Source: Candidatus Methylomirabilota bacterium | GTDB lineage: Bacteria > Methylomirabilota > Methylomirabilia > Rokubacteriales > CSP1-6 | DNA: 64,000 nucleotides | Reading direction: 5' to 3' | Assembly: GCA_035315345.1 (NCBI GenBank) | Contig: DATFYA010000187.1 | Coordinates: 3,436 to 67,435, forward strand | Part shown: piece by piece, positions 10,640-19,394 of the stretch | Position numbering within the stretch: the stretch's first letter is position 1 | How the letters are laid out: each line of letters opens with the position of its first letter | Made by a program: the position numbers and the translations under genes | Notes under the pieces: generated by a model | What the model was told of the DNA's origin: nothing | Databases searched by the model: none | Seen by the model: the letters and a program-made list of their open reading frames with translations, nothing else

Positions 10640-12192
10640 TGACCGCGGCCATCGAGGTGCCCGAGCGCTTCAACGCGGCCGCGCACTTCCTCGATCGCCA
10701 CGTCGCCGAAGGCCGCGGCGGCCGTACCGCCTTCCGGTTCGACGGCCGCGCGGTCACCTACGGAGCGATCGCGCTGCGGGCCAACCGCCTGGGCAACGCG
10801 CTCCGGTCGCGCGGAGTCCAGATGGAGCAGCGCGTGCTGCTGGCGTTGCCGGATCGGCCCGAGTTCGCCGAGGCGTTCTGGGGCGCGATGAAGATCGGGG
10901 CGGTGCCGGTGCCGGTGAGCGAGTCGCTGCCCGCCGAGGAGCTGGCGTTCCTGCTCGCGGACAGCCGGGCCCGCGCGGTGGTCGCCTCGGAGACGGCGGT
11001 CGCCGCGATCCTCCCCGTGCGCTCCCGCTGTCCCGCCCTCGAGGCGGTGATCGCGGTGGGCGGCCGGCGGCGCGCGGCCCTCGAGTACGAGCGGCTGCTG
11101 GAGCGCGCCTCGCCGGAGCTCGAGCCGGCCGAGACCAGCCGGGACGACGTGGCCCTGTGGGGCTACACCTCGGGCTCCACCGGCCGCCCCAAGGCCGCGG
11201 TGCACCTGCATCACGATCTCGTGCACTCGGCCGAGCTGGTGGGCCGCGGCATCTTCGGCATCGGGCCCGACGATCTGATCTTCTCGGCGTCCAAGCTGCA
11301 CTTCGCCTTCGGCCTGGGCAACTCGCTCTACTTCCCGGCGCTGGTGGGCGCGGCCTCGCTGCTGGTGCCCGAGCGGCTCGAGGCGGAGCGGATCTTCGAG
11401 CTGATCGAGGCCGAGCGGCCCACCGTGCTCTTCGCGGTGGCCACCGTCTACCGACGGCTGCTCCAGGTGGCGGAGGCGGAGCGGCGCTTCGACTGCTCGT
11501 CGCTGCGGCTCTGCGTCTCGTCGGGCGAGGCGCTGCCGCCCGCCCTCTTCCACGGCTGGAAGTCGCGCTTCGGCCACGAGCTGCTGGACGTGCTCGGCTC
11601 CACCGAGGCCCTGCACGACTACATCGCCAACCGGCCGGGCGAGGCGCGGCCCGGCTCGAGCGGCCGGATCGTCCCGGGCTACGAGGCGCGGCTGGTGGAC
11701 GACGCCGGTCGTCCGGTGGCGCCGGGCATGGTGGGCCAGCTGCTCATCAAGGGCGATTCCACCGCGCCGTGCTACTGGAACCGTCACGAGCGCACCAAGG
11801 CCACGATGCTGGGTGAGTGGCTGCGCACCGGCGACATGTTCTACGCGGACACCGACGGCTACTACTACTTCTGCGGCCGCGCCGACGACATGCTGAAGGT
11901 CGGCGGCATGTGGGTCTCGCCCACCGAGGTCGAGGCCTGCCTGGGCGAGCACGCGGCGATCGCGGAGGTGGCGGTCATCGGTCGGGGCGACGCCGACGGG
12001 CTCACCAAGCCGCATGCCTACTGCGTGCTGCGGGAGGGCGTCGCCGACACCGACGCGCTCGCGGCCGAGCTGCGGGAGTCGGTGCGCGCGCGGCTGGGCG
12101 GCTACAAGTCGCCGCGCTGGATCGACTTCGTGGCGGAGCTGCCCAGGACCGCCACCGGCAAGATCCAGCGGTTCGCGCTGCGCCAGCGGTAG
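10639..12192 (+). CDS. benzoate-CoA ligase family aryl/acyl-CoA ligase (AMP-forming)
   Basis: Track ORF. ERFNAAAHFLDRHV N-terminus, YTSGSTGRPKAAVH, WLRTGDMF, DDMLKVGGMWVSP motifs. Confidence 0.8.
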   Translation: MTAAIEVPERFNAAAHFLDRHVAEGRGGRTAFRFDGRAVTYGAIALRANRLGNALRSRGVQMEQRVLLALPDRPEFAEAFWGAMKIGAVPVPVSESLPAEELAFLLADSRARAVVASETAVAAILPVRSRCPALEAVIAVGGRRRAALEYERLLERASPELEPAETSRDDVALWGYTSGSTGRPKAAVHLHHDLVHSAELVGRGIFGIGPDDLIFSASKLHFAFGLGNSLYFPALVGAASLLVPERLEAERIFELIEAERPTVLFAVATVYRRLLQVAEAERRFDCSSLRLCVSSGEALPPALFHGWKSRFGHELLDVLGSTEALHDYIANRPGEARPGSSGRIVPGYEARLVDDAGRPVAPGMVGQLLIKGDSTAPCYWNRHERTKATMLGEWLRTGDMFYADTDGYYYFCGRADDMLKVGGMWVSPTEVEACLGEHAAIAEVAVIGRGDADGLTKPHAYCVLREGVADTDALAAELRESVRARLGGYKSPRWIDFVAELPRTATGKIQRFALRQR

Positions 12193-12990
12193 ATGCGCGT
12201 CGTGGTCGAGCGGCTGTCCAAGATCTACGCAGATCGCCGCGGACGCGAAGTGGCCGCCCTGCGCGGCGTCGATCTAAAGGTGGACTCGCAGGAGTTCGTC
12301 GCGCTGCTCGGACCCTCCGGCTGCGGCAAGTCCACGCTGCTCGGCATCATCGCGGGGCTCCTGCCCGCCACGTCCGGGCAGGTCTACTTCGAGGGCGAGG
12401 CGCGGCCCGGCCGGCCCACGTCGGCGACCGTGTTCCAGGAGTTCGCGCTCTTCCCCTGGCGCACCGTGCAGGCCAACGTCGAGTTCGGGCTCGAGGAGCT
12501 GGGCGTCGCCGGAGCCGAGCGTGCCGAGCGGACGCGGCGCTACCTGGCCATGACCGGCCTCGCCGGCTTCGAGGGCAAGTACCCGCACCAGCTCTCGGGG
12601 GGCATGCGCCAGCGGGTGGGCATCGCGCGGGCCCTCGCGGTCGAGCCGGCAGTGCTGCTCATGGACGAGCCGTTCTCGGCCCTGGACGCGCAGACCCGCA
12701 CCCTGATGATGGAGGAATTGCTGGCGATCTGGGCGCGGACGCGCCAGAGCATCCTCTATGTCACCCACAACATCCAGGAGGCCGTGTTCATGGCCGACCG
12801 GGTGATCGTGCTGTCGCGGCGTCCCGGCGAGGTGCTCGACGTGGTGCCGATCGGGCTCGCGCGCCCGCGCCGCGAGAGCCAGCAGACGGACGCCGCCTTC
12901 GCCCAGGCGGCCGCGCGCATCTGGGCCCTGATCAAGTCGCAGGCCCAGGCCGCCCTGCTCGAGAGCGCGCCGGCGGAGCGCGCCGGGTGA
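12193..12990 (+). CDS. ABC transporter ATP-binding protein (NitT/TauT nitrate/sulfonate/bicarbonate family)
   Basis: GPSGCGKST Walker [16 protein letters not shown] signature, [11 protein letters not shown] Walker B. Confidence 0.9.
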   Translation: MRVVVERLSKIYADRRGREVAALRGVDLKVDSQEFVALLGPSGCGKSTLLGIIAGLLPATSGQVYFEGEARPGRPTSATVFQEFALFPWRTVQANVEFGLEELGVAGAERAERTRRYLAMTGLAGFEGKYPHQLSGGMRQRVGIARALAVEPAVLLMDEPFSALDAQTRTLMMEELLAIWARTRQSILYVTHNIQEAVFMADRVIVLSRRPGEVLDVVPIGLARPRRESQQTDAAFAQAAARIWALIKSQAQAALLESAPAERAG

Positions 12991-13787
12991 TGGCGGTGGA
13001 GCGGCTGGTCGTGGTCGATCGCGCCGCGTTCCTCCGCCGGCCCGAGCACCGGACCGTGCGCGTGCTCGCGCTGGCCGGCCTCGTGCTGCTGTGGGAGGCG
13101 GTCACCCGCACCGGGTGGGTGTCGTCGCTGTTCCTGCCCGCCCCGTCCGCGGTGCTGGCCGAGGGCTACGACATGGCGCGCTCCGGCCAGCTGTTCGTGC
13201 ACCTCGGGACGAGCCTGGCGCGGCTGGCCTGGGGCTTCGGCATCGGCGCGGCCGCCGGCATCGGGGTCGGGGTGGCGGTGGGATTCTTCTCGCTCGCCGA
13301 CGCGGTGGTGCAGCCGATCATCGCGGCCACGTTCCCGATCCCCAAGATCGCGCTGCTGCCGCTGCTGATCCTCTGGCTCGGCATCGGCGAGGCGTCCAAG
13401 GTCGCGGTGGTGGCGCTCGGCGTCTTCTTCCCGATGGCCATCAATACCTACGCGGGCGTCCGCCAGGCCGATCCGCTCCTCATCCGCGCGGCGGTCTCGT
13501 TCGGCGCGGGACGCTGGAGCGTCATCAGGAAAGTCGTGCTGCCGTCGGCGCTGCCCATGGTGTTCGCCGGCCTCAAGCTGGGCGCCGGCATCGCGCTGCT
13601 GCTGCTGGTGGCCGCCGAGCAGATCGCGGCCGACGCGGGCATCGGCTTCCTGATCTTGCAGTCCGGCAACCTGATGGAGACGACCCGGCTCATGGTCGGC
13701 ATCGTGGTGCTCTCGCTGCTGGGCGTGTGTTCGCACTGGGCGCTGGGCGGCCTCGAGCGCGCGGTGATCCGGTGGCGCCACTCGTGA
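12990..13787 (+). CDS. ABC transporter permease (NitT/TauT family)
   Basis: ATG 12990 (ATGA overlap) within track ORF 11817..13787. Hydrophobic, with the EAA-like region ADPLLIRAAVSFGAGRWSVIRKVVLP. Confidence 0.85.
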   Translation: MAVERLVVVDRAAFLRRPEHRTVRVLALAGLVLLWEAVTRTGWVSSLFLPAPSAVLAEGYDMARSGQLFVHLGTSLARLAWGFGIGAAAGIGVGVAVGFFSLADAVVQPIIAATFPIPKIALLPLLILWLGIGEASKVAVVALGVFFPMAINTYAGVRQADPLLIRAAVSFGAGRWSVIRKVVLPSALPMVFAGLKLGAGIALLLLVAAEQIAADAGIGFLILQSGNLMETTRLMVGIVVLSLLGVCSHWALGGLERAVIRWRHS

Positions 13788-13816
13788 ACTCGCGACTCGA
13801 TCGGAGGACGCTTCGC

Positions 13817-14857
13817 ATGCGCGTGATTCGACTGCTCGCCCGGCCGCTCTTCCTCCTCGCCCTCGCCGCCGGCGTCCTCGCCGGGCCGCTCGCCCAGGCT
13901 CAGCCCAAGCCGGCGCCGGTGAAAATCGGCGTCCTCAAGCTCACCTCCTCCGCGCCCGTCTTCGTGGGGGCGGAGAAGGGCTTCTTCCGCGAAGAAGGAA
14001 TCGAGCCCGAGCTGGTGTACTTCCAGGCCGCCGCGCCCATCGCCATCGCGCTGGCCGCGGGCCAGCTGGACGTCGGCGCCACCGGGCTCACCGCCGCCCT
14101 CTACAACATCGTGCTGGGCGGCGAGAAGCTGTGGATCGTCGCCGACAAGGGCCGCGAATGGCCCGGCTATCCGCTCGTGGCGATCGTCGTACAGAAGGAC
14201 CTCTGGGAGAGCGGGCTGCGCTCCATCCGGGACTTGAAGGGCCGGCGGATCGGCGTGACGCAGCTGGGCTCGACGTTCCACTACCACATCGGCAACATCC
14301 TGGAAAAGGACGGGCTCTCGCTGGCCGACGTGAAGATCGTGCCGCTGCAGGCCATGGCCGCCACCATGGAGGCGCTGAAGGGCAAGCAGGTGGACGCCAT
14401 CCTGGTGCCGCAGCCGTTCCCGGGCGCCGCCGAGGCGCAGGGCTTCGGCCGGATCGTGGCGTGGGCGGGCGATCTCTACCCGTGGCAGATCGCCACGATC
14501 TTCTACTCGGGCAAGTTCGCGGGCGACCGGGCGCGCGCGGTGGCGTTCATGAGGGGCTACGTGAAGGCCTCGCGCTATTACTTCGACGCGGCGCTGATCC
14601 AGAAGGACGGCCGCACCGTGCCGGGCGTCCACTACGACGAGGTCGTCGACATCACCGCGCGGTACACCGGCGCGCGGCCCGAGATCATCAAGCTCGGCTT
14701 TCCCTACCAGGACCGCAACGGCCGGCTGCTCGTGCCCGACATCCAGCGGCAGATGGCCTGGTGGGCCGCCAACGGGTTCATGAAGAAGCCGCTGCCGTTG
14801 GCCGGGATCGTCGACACCTCGTTCGTGGAGGAGGCCGTGAGGGCGCTCGATCGCTGA
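13817..14857 (+). CDS. ABC transporter substrate-binding protein (NMT1/SsuA/TauA-like)
   Basis: ATG 13817 within track ORF 13091..14857. Signal peptide MRVIRLLARPLFLLALAAGVLAGPLAQA, then the KIGVLKLTSSAPVFVGAEKGFF pattern. Confidence 0.8.
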   Translation: MRVIRLLARPLFLLALAAGVLAGPLAQAQPKPAPVKIGVLKLTSSAPVFVGAEKGFFREEGIEPELVYFQAAAPIAIALAAGQLDVGATGLTAALYNIVLGGEKLWIVADKGREWPGYPLVAIVVQKDLWESGLRSIRDLKGRRIGVTQLGSTFHYHIGNILEKDGLSLADVKIVPLQAMAATMEALKGKQVDAILVPQPFPGAAEAQGFGRIVAWAGDLYPWQIATIFYSGKFAGDRARAVAFMRGYVKASRYYFDAALIQKDGRTVPGVHYDEVVDITARYTGARPEIIKLGFPYQDRNGRLLVPDIQRQMAWWAANGFMKKPLPLAGIVDTSFVEEAVRALDR

Positions 14858-14874
14858 ATCGGCGCGGGTTTGCG

Positions 14875-14904
14875 TTGCGCCGTCCCGGTGGATGCTGCTA
14901 TCAT
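14875..14904 (+). promoter_or_regulatory. candidate sigma70 promoter with extended -10 (TTGCGC-18-TGcTATCAT)
   Basis: TTGCGC 14875-80, TG 14896-97, TATCAT 14899-904. The -10 box ends 10 nt before GTG 14915, implying a leader of only a few nt. No SD is present. Confidence 0.35.
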
Positions 14905-14914
14905 TTCCCCCGAC

Positions 14915-16426
14915 GTGAGTGCCCCGTTCGGGAAGGTCCTCATCGCGAATCGCGGCGAGATCGCCGTGCGGATCATCCGGGCCTGCCGCGAGCTGCACAT
15001 CAAGACCGTCGCCGTCTTCTCCGACGTCGATCGTGAGTCGCTCCACGTCCTGCTGGCCGACGAGGCCGTCGGCATCGGCCCGGCGCCCGCGGTGGAGAGC
15101 TATCTCGTCATCGACCGGCTCATCGCGGCGGCCCGGAGCACGGGTGCCGACGCCGTGCATCCCGGCTATGGATTCCTCGCCGAGAACGCGGCGTTCGCGC
15201 AGGCCTGTCAGGACGCCGGGCTCACGTTCATCGGCCCGCCGCCCGCGGCCATCCGCGCGATGGGCGACAAGATGGCGGCGCGCCGGCTGGCCATCACGAT
15301 GGGCGTGCCGGTGGTGCCGGGCACCGAGCAGCCGATCGCCGACGACGCGGAGGCCGCGCGGGTGGCGGGACGGGTGGGCTACCCGGTCATGCTCAAGGCC
15401 GCGATGGGCGGCGGCGGCAAGGGCATGCGGCTCGTGCGGGCCCCCGGCGAGCTGGCCGGCGCGCTGCGCGCCGCGCGCGCCGAGGCGGGTGCTGCGTTCG
15501 GCGATGCCGCCGTGTACATCGAGCGCTTCGTGGAGGAGCCGCGCCACATCGAGATCCAGGTCCTGGCCGACGCCCACGGCGGCATCGTGTACCTGGGCGA
15601 GCGCGAATGCTCGATCCAGCGTCGGCACCAGAAGCTGGTGGAGGAGAGCCCGTCGTCGTTCGTGACCCCGGAGATGCGGCGGCGCATGGGCGAGGCGGCC
15701 TGCCGGGTGGCCGCGGCGGCCGGCTACGTCAACGCCGGGACCGTGGAGTTCCTGGTCGATCGCGAGCGCAACTTCTACTTCCTCGAGATGAACACCCGGC
15801 TGCAGGTCGAGCACCCGGTGACCGAGCTGGTGACCGGGCGCGACCTGGTGAAGGACCAGCTGCGAATCGCCGCTGGTGAGAAGCTGGGCTTCGGCCAGGA
15901 CGACGTCGCGCTCTCGGGCTGGGCGATCGAGTGCCGGATCAACGCCGAGAATCCCTACGCCTCGTTCATCCCGTCGCCCGGGCACGTGGCCGGGCTGCGG
16001 GTGCCCGGCGGCCCGTGGGTGCGCGACGACACCGGGGTCTACGCCGGCTGCACGATCCCGCGCTTCTACGACACCCTGATGGCCAAGCTGATCGTCTGGG
16101 GGCCCGACCGCGAGGCGGCGACCGCGCGCATGGCGCGGGCGCTCGAGGAGTACAAGGTCGTCGGCGTGCAGACCACGATCCCGATCCTTCAGCGGATCAT
16201 CGCGCATCCGGACTTCTCGGCCGGACGTCTGTCCACCGGGTTCATGGAGCGCCTGCTCGCGGCGGACCGGCCGGAGGCCGCCGGCCGCCACCGCCGGATC
16301 GCGCTGATCGCGGCGGCGCTCACCGCCTACGAGCGGGCCGGCCGTCCGGGCCCGGCGAGCGCCGCGTCTGCCCCCTCGTCGAGCGCGTGGCGGCAAGCGC
16401 TGCGCCCGGGCTGGAGTGAGCGGTGA
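14915..16426 (+). CDS. biotin carboxylase (ATP-grasp) with C-terminal extension
   Basis: GTG 14915 within track ORF 14870..16426 gives VSAPFGKVLIANRGEIAVRIIRA. MLKAAMGGGGKGMR and EMNTRLQVEHPVTE motifs. About 50 extra C-terminal residues relative to a typical AccC. Confidence 0.9.
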   Translation: MSAPFGKVLIANRGEIAVRIIRACRELHIKTVAVFSDVDRESLHVLLADEAVGIGPAPAVESYLVIDRLIAAARSTGADAVHPGYGFLAENAAFAQACQDAGLTFIGPPPAAIRAMGDKMAARRLAITMGVPVVPGTEQPIADDAEAARVAGRVGYPVMLKAAMGGGGKGMRLVRAPGELAGALRAARAEAGAAFGDAAVYIERFVEEPRHIEIQVLADAHGGIVYLGERECSIQRRHQKLVEESPSSFVTPEMRRRMGEAACRVAAAAGYVNAGTVEFLVDRERNFYFLEMNTRLQVEHPVTELVTGRDLVKDQLRIAAGEKLGFGQDDVALSGWAIECRINAENPYASFIPSPGHVAGLRVPGGPWVRDDTGVYAGCTIPRFYDTLMAKLIVWGPDREAATARMARALEEYKVVGVQTTIPILQRIIAHPDFSAGRLSTGFMERLLAADRPEAAGRHRRIALIAAALTAYERAGRPGPASAASAPSSSAWRQALRPGWSER

Positions 16427-16920
16427 AGTTCGTGGCCCAGGCCGGCGGGGCGATCACCCCGATCGAGGTGACCGGGGAGGCGGGGCGCTACACCATCGTC
16501 CTCGACGGCGCGACCCTCACGGTGGACGCGCGCCGCGGCGGCGAGGGCATCTGGTCCATCCTGCTCGACGGCGCCTCCCACGTGGCGGAGGTGACGGATC
16601 AGGACGGCACCTGCGCGGTGGACGTCGGCGGCGAGCGCTACGCGATCCGGGTCGAGGAGGAGTCGCGCTACATCATCCGCACCCGCGGGGCCGGCGGGGC
16701 CGAGCCCGGGCAGGTGCTGAAGGCGCCGATGCCGGGCAAGGTGACGGTCATCCAGGTCTCGGTGGGGCAGTCGGTGGCTGCCGGCGACGGGCTCATCGTG
16801 CTGGAGGCCATGAAGATGGAGAACGAGTTCAAGGCGCAGGTGGCGGGCACGGTGAAGGAGATCCGGGTGGCGGCCGGCCAGCCCGTGAACCCCGGCGACG
16901 TGCTGATGGTCATCGAGTAG
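16423..16920 (+). CDS. biotin carboxyl carrier protein (biotinyl domain) with about 90-aa N-terminal extension
   Basis: GTG overlaps the upstream stop (GTGA). C-terminal VLEAMKMENEF biotinylation motif. Confidence 0.85.
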   Translation: MKFVAQAGGAITPIEVTGEAGRYTIVLDGATLTVDARRGGEGIWSILLDGASHVAEVTDQDGTCAVDVGGERYAIRVEEESRYIIRTRGAGGAEPGQVLKAPMPGKVTVIQVSVGQSVAAGDGLIVLEAMKMENEFKAQVAGTVKEIRVAAGQPVNPGDVLMVIE

Positions 16921-16930
16921 CCGAGACGCC

Positions 16931-17668
16931 GTGGCCCCCGCGATCGAGTTCCGAGGCGTCAACAAGTGGTTCGGCGACCACCACGTGCTCACCGACGTGG
17001 ACCTGAGCGTGGACGCCGGCGAGGTCATCGTGGTCTGCGGGCCCTCCGGCTCGGGCAAGAGCACCTTGATCCGCTGCGTGAACCGGCTCGAGCCGATCCA
17101 GAAGGGCGAGATCCGGGTGCACGGCCAGGCCATCTCGGGACAGGGCGTCAACCTGGTCAAGCTGCGCGCCGAGGTGGGGATGGTCTTCCAGTCCTTCAAC
17201 CTCTTCCCCCACATGACGGTGCTGCAGAACATCATGCTGGCCCCCCGCAAGGTGAAGGGCCTGGACGCGGCGGCGGCCGAGAAGATCGCGCGCGGCCTGC
17301 TGGAGCGTGTGCGCATCCCGGACCGCGCGGACTACTATCCGGCGAACCTCTCGGGCGGCCAGCAGCAGCGGGTGGCGATCGCCCGCGCGCTCGCGATGCA
17401 GCCGCGGATCATGCTGTTCGACGAGCCCACCTCGGCGCTCGATCCCGAGATGATCAACGAGGTGCTGGACGTCATGACCGACCTGGCCCGCGAGGGCATG
17501 ACCATGATGGTGGTCACCCACGAGATGGGCTTTGCCCGCCGGGTGGCCAGCCGCGTGGTGTTCATGGACTACGGGCGCGTGGTGGAGGTGCAGGAGCCGG
17601 AATCCTTCTTCGCCGCCCCCCAGTCGGACCGGGCGAAGGACTTCCTGTCCAAGATCCTGTCGCACTGA
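16931..17668 (+). CDS. polar amino acid ABC transporter ATP-binding protein
   Basis: GPSGSGKST, LSGGQQQRVAIARAL, MLFDEPTSALDPE. GlnQ/HisP-like. Confidence 0.9.
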   Translation: MAPAIEFRGVNKWFGDHHVLTDVDLSVDAGEVIVVCGPSGSGKSTLIRCVNRLEPIQKGEIRVHGQAISGQGVNLVKLRAEVGMVFQSFNLFPHMTVLQNIMLAPRKVKGLDAAAAEKIARGLLERVRIPDRADYYPANLSGGQQQRVAIARALAMQPRIMLFDEPTSALDPEMINEVLDVMTDLAREGMTMMVVTHEMGFARRVASRVVFMDYGRVVEVQEPESFFAAPQSDRAKDFLSKILSH

Positions 17669-17694
17669 ACCAACCCAATCCAAGGAGGACGTGA

Positions 17695-18558
17695 ATGCAA
17701 CGACTGATGGGACTCGTGATGGCGCTGGCGCTGCTCGTGGCCGGGATGTCCCCGGCGCTGGCCCAGCAGAAGAGCACGCTGGACAAGATCGGGGAGACGG
17801 GCACGCTCACCATCGGCACCCGCACCGGCTCGCCGCCCTTCGGCTACGTGAACTCGAAGAACGAGTGGGTGGGCTTCTCGATCGACCTGGTGGAGGAATT
17901 GATCAAGCCCGCGCTGGAGAAGAAGCTCGGCAAGCCGATCAAGGTGGAGAAGAAGGAGAGCACCCCGCCCACCCGCATTCCGCTGATCTCCTCGGGCGCG
18001 GTGGACCTCATCGCCGAGACCATGACCGACACCCGGACCCGCCGCGACAGCGTGGACTTCTCGCTCACGTTCTTCGTGACCGGCGCGCAATTCCTGGTCA
18101 AGAAGGGGAGCCCGATCAAGGGCATCAAGAACATCGACGGCAAGCGCATCGCGGCCCAGCAGGGCTCGACCAACGCGCGCATCATCCGGGAGAAGGCGTC
18201 CAAGGCGGTGCTGCGCGAGTTCCCGGACCAGCCCGCCGCCTTCCAGGCGCTGGTGCAGGGGCAGGTGGACGCCTACACCAACGACGGCATCCAGCTCGCA
18301 GGGCTCAAGGCCAAGTCGCCGAACCCGGCGCAGTGGGAGATCGTCGGCGACATGTTCTCCTACGAGCCCTACGGGATGGCGCTGCGCAAGGGTGACTCCG
18401 ACTTCCGCAACGTCGTCAATGCCGGGCTGATGGAGGGCATCGAGTCGGGCAAGTTCTTCGAGATCTACGAGAAGTGGTTCGGGCCCAACGGCGAGCTGCC
18501 GTACCCGATGTCTCCGCAGGTGCGCTCGTTCATGCTGCTGCAGGTCGTCCCCAAGTAG
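17695..18558 (+). CDS. polar amino acid ABC transporter substrate-binding protein
   Basis: AAGGAGG RBS 7 nt upstream. Signal peptide MQRLMGLVMALALLVAGMSPALA. Family 3 SBP pattern (LTIGTRTGSPPFGY). Confidence 0.85.
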   Translation: MQRLMGLVMALALLVAGMSPALAQQKSTLDKIGETGTLTIGTRTGSPPFGYVNSKNEWVGFSIDLVEELIKPALEKKLGKPIKVEKKESTPPTRIPLISSGAVDLIAETMTDTRTRRDSVDFSLTFFVTGAQFLVKKGSPIKGIKNIDGKRIAAQQGSTNARIIREKASKAVLREFPDQPAAFQALVQGQVDAYTNDGIQLAGLKAKSPNPAQWEIVGDMFSYEPYGMALRKGDSDFRNVVNAGLMEGIESGKFFEIYEKWFGPNGELPYPMSPQVRSFMLLQVVPK

Positions 18559-18565
18559 TCTCGTT

Positions 18566-18662
18566 CCCTCTCCCCGGAGGGGAGAGGGCAGGGTGAGGGG
18601 CTGGCGCCGGCGTGAGTCCGCCCACCCTCACCCCGGCCCTCTCCCGGGAAGGGAGAGGGAGG
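18566..18662. repeat. REP-like element pair in inverted orientation (hairpin CCCTCTCCCC-N3-GGGGAGAGGG plus GGGTGAGGGG box)
   Basis: Left copy at 18566-18600 and an inverted copy at 18621-18659, in the spacer between the SBP and permease genes. The same motif family recurs at 62588-62680 and 63696-63835. Confidence 0.8.
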
Positions 18663-18669
18663 TGGGCGC

Positions 18670-19392
18670 GTGAACTACAAGTTCAACTGGTCGGTGCTGT
18701 GGACCGGCGAGTCCGGTCAGTGGCTGCTGAGCGGGCTCATCACCACGCTCGAGCTGTCGGTGGCCGCCTGGCTGCTCGCGGTGACCCTCGGTGTCGTCTC
18801 CGGCGCGCTGCGCACGGTGCGGATGTGGCCGCTCCGCGCCGCCGCGACCCTCTACGTCGAATTCTTCCGGAACGTTCCGCTGCTGGTCTGGATGTTCTTC
18901 TGGTACTTCGCGGTGCCGCCGTTGCTGCCTCAGGCGGGGCAGGACTTCCTGTTCGCGCACGGGCTCGAGTTCTGGGCCGCGGTCTGCGCGCTGGGCGTGT
19001 ACAGCGGCGCCCGCTTCTCCGAGGTGCTGCGCTCGGGCATCCAGGCGATCCCCAGGACGCAGCTCGAGGCCTCGGTGGCCTCGGGCCTGACCACGTTCCA
19101 GGCCTATCGGTACGTGATCCTGCCGGTGGCGCTGCGGCTCATCATCCCGCCCGGCACCAACGAGTCGCTGAACCTGCTCAAGAACTCCTCGGTGGCCCTG
19201 ACCATCAGCGTGGCCGAGCTGACCTTCCAGACGCGCCAGATCGAGACCTACACCGCCAGGGCCATCGAGGCCCTGACCGCGGGCACCCTGATCTACCTGG
19301 TCCTGTGCGTCTCGATCGCCATTTTCATGTCGTGGGTGGAGCGGCGCACCGCGATCCCGGGCCTCATCGTGGGCGGGCGGCCGCGGCGCTAG
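18670..19392 (+). CDS. polar amino acid ABC transporter permease
   Basis: Track ORF (GTG start). Hydrophobic, HisM/GlnP-like (YSGARFSEVLRSGIQAIPRTQLEA). Confidence 0.85.
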   Translation: MNYKFNWSVLWTGESGQWLLSGLITTLELSVAAWLLAVTLGVVSGALRTVRMWPLRAAATLYVEFFRNVPLLVWMFFWYFAVPPLLPQAGQDFLFAHGLEFWAAVCALGVYSGARFSEVLRSGIQAIPRTQLEASVASGLTTFQAYRYVILPVALRLIIPPGTNESLNLLKNSSVALTISVAELTFQTRQIETYTARAIEALTAGTLIYLVLCVSIAIFMSWVERRTAIPGLIVGGRPRR

Positions 19393-19394
19393 CC

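Noticed and set aside
9718-12015. The upstream 766 codons of the 900-aa track ORF 9313..12015 (minus strand).
   Set aside because: Only the last 134 codons (9313-9717) look like a real small membrane protein that is translationally coupled to TauE. The rest is antisense to the CoA-ligase gene and overlaps TauE out of frame.
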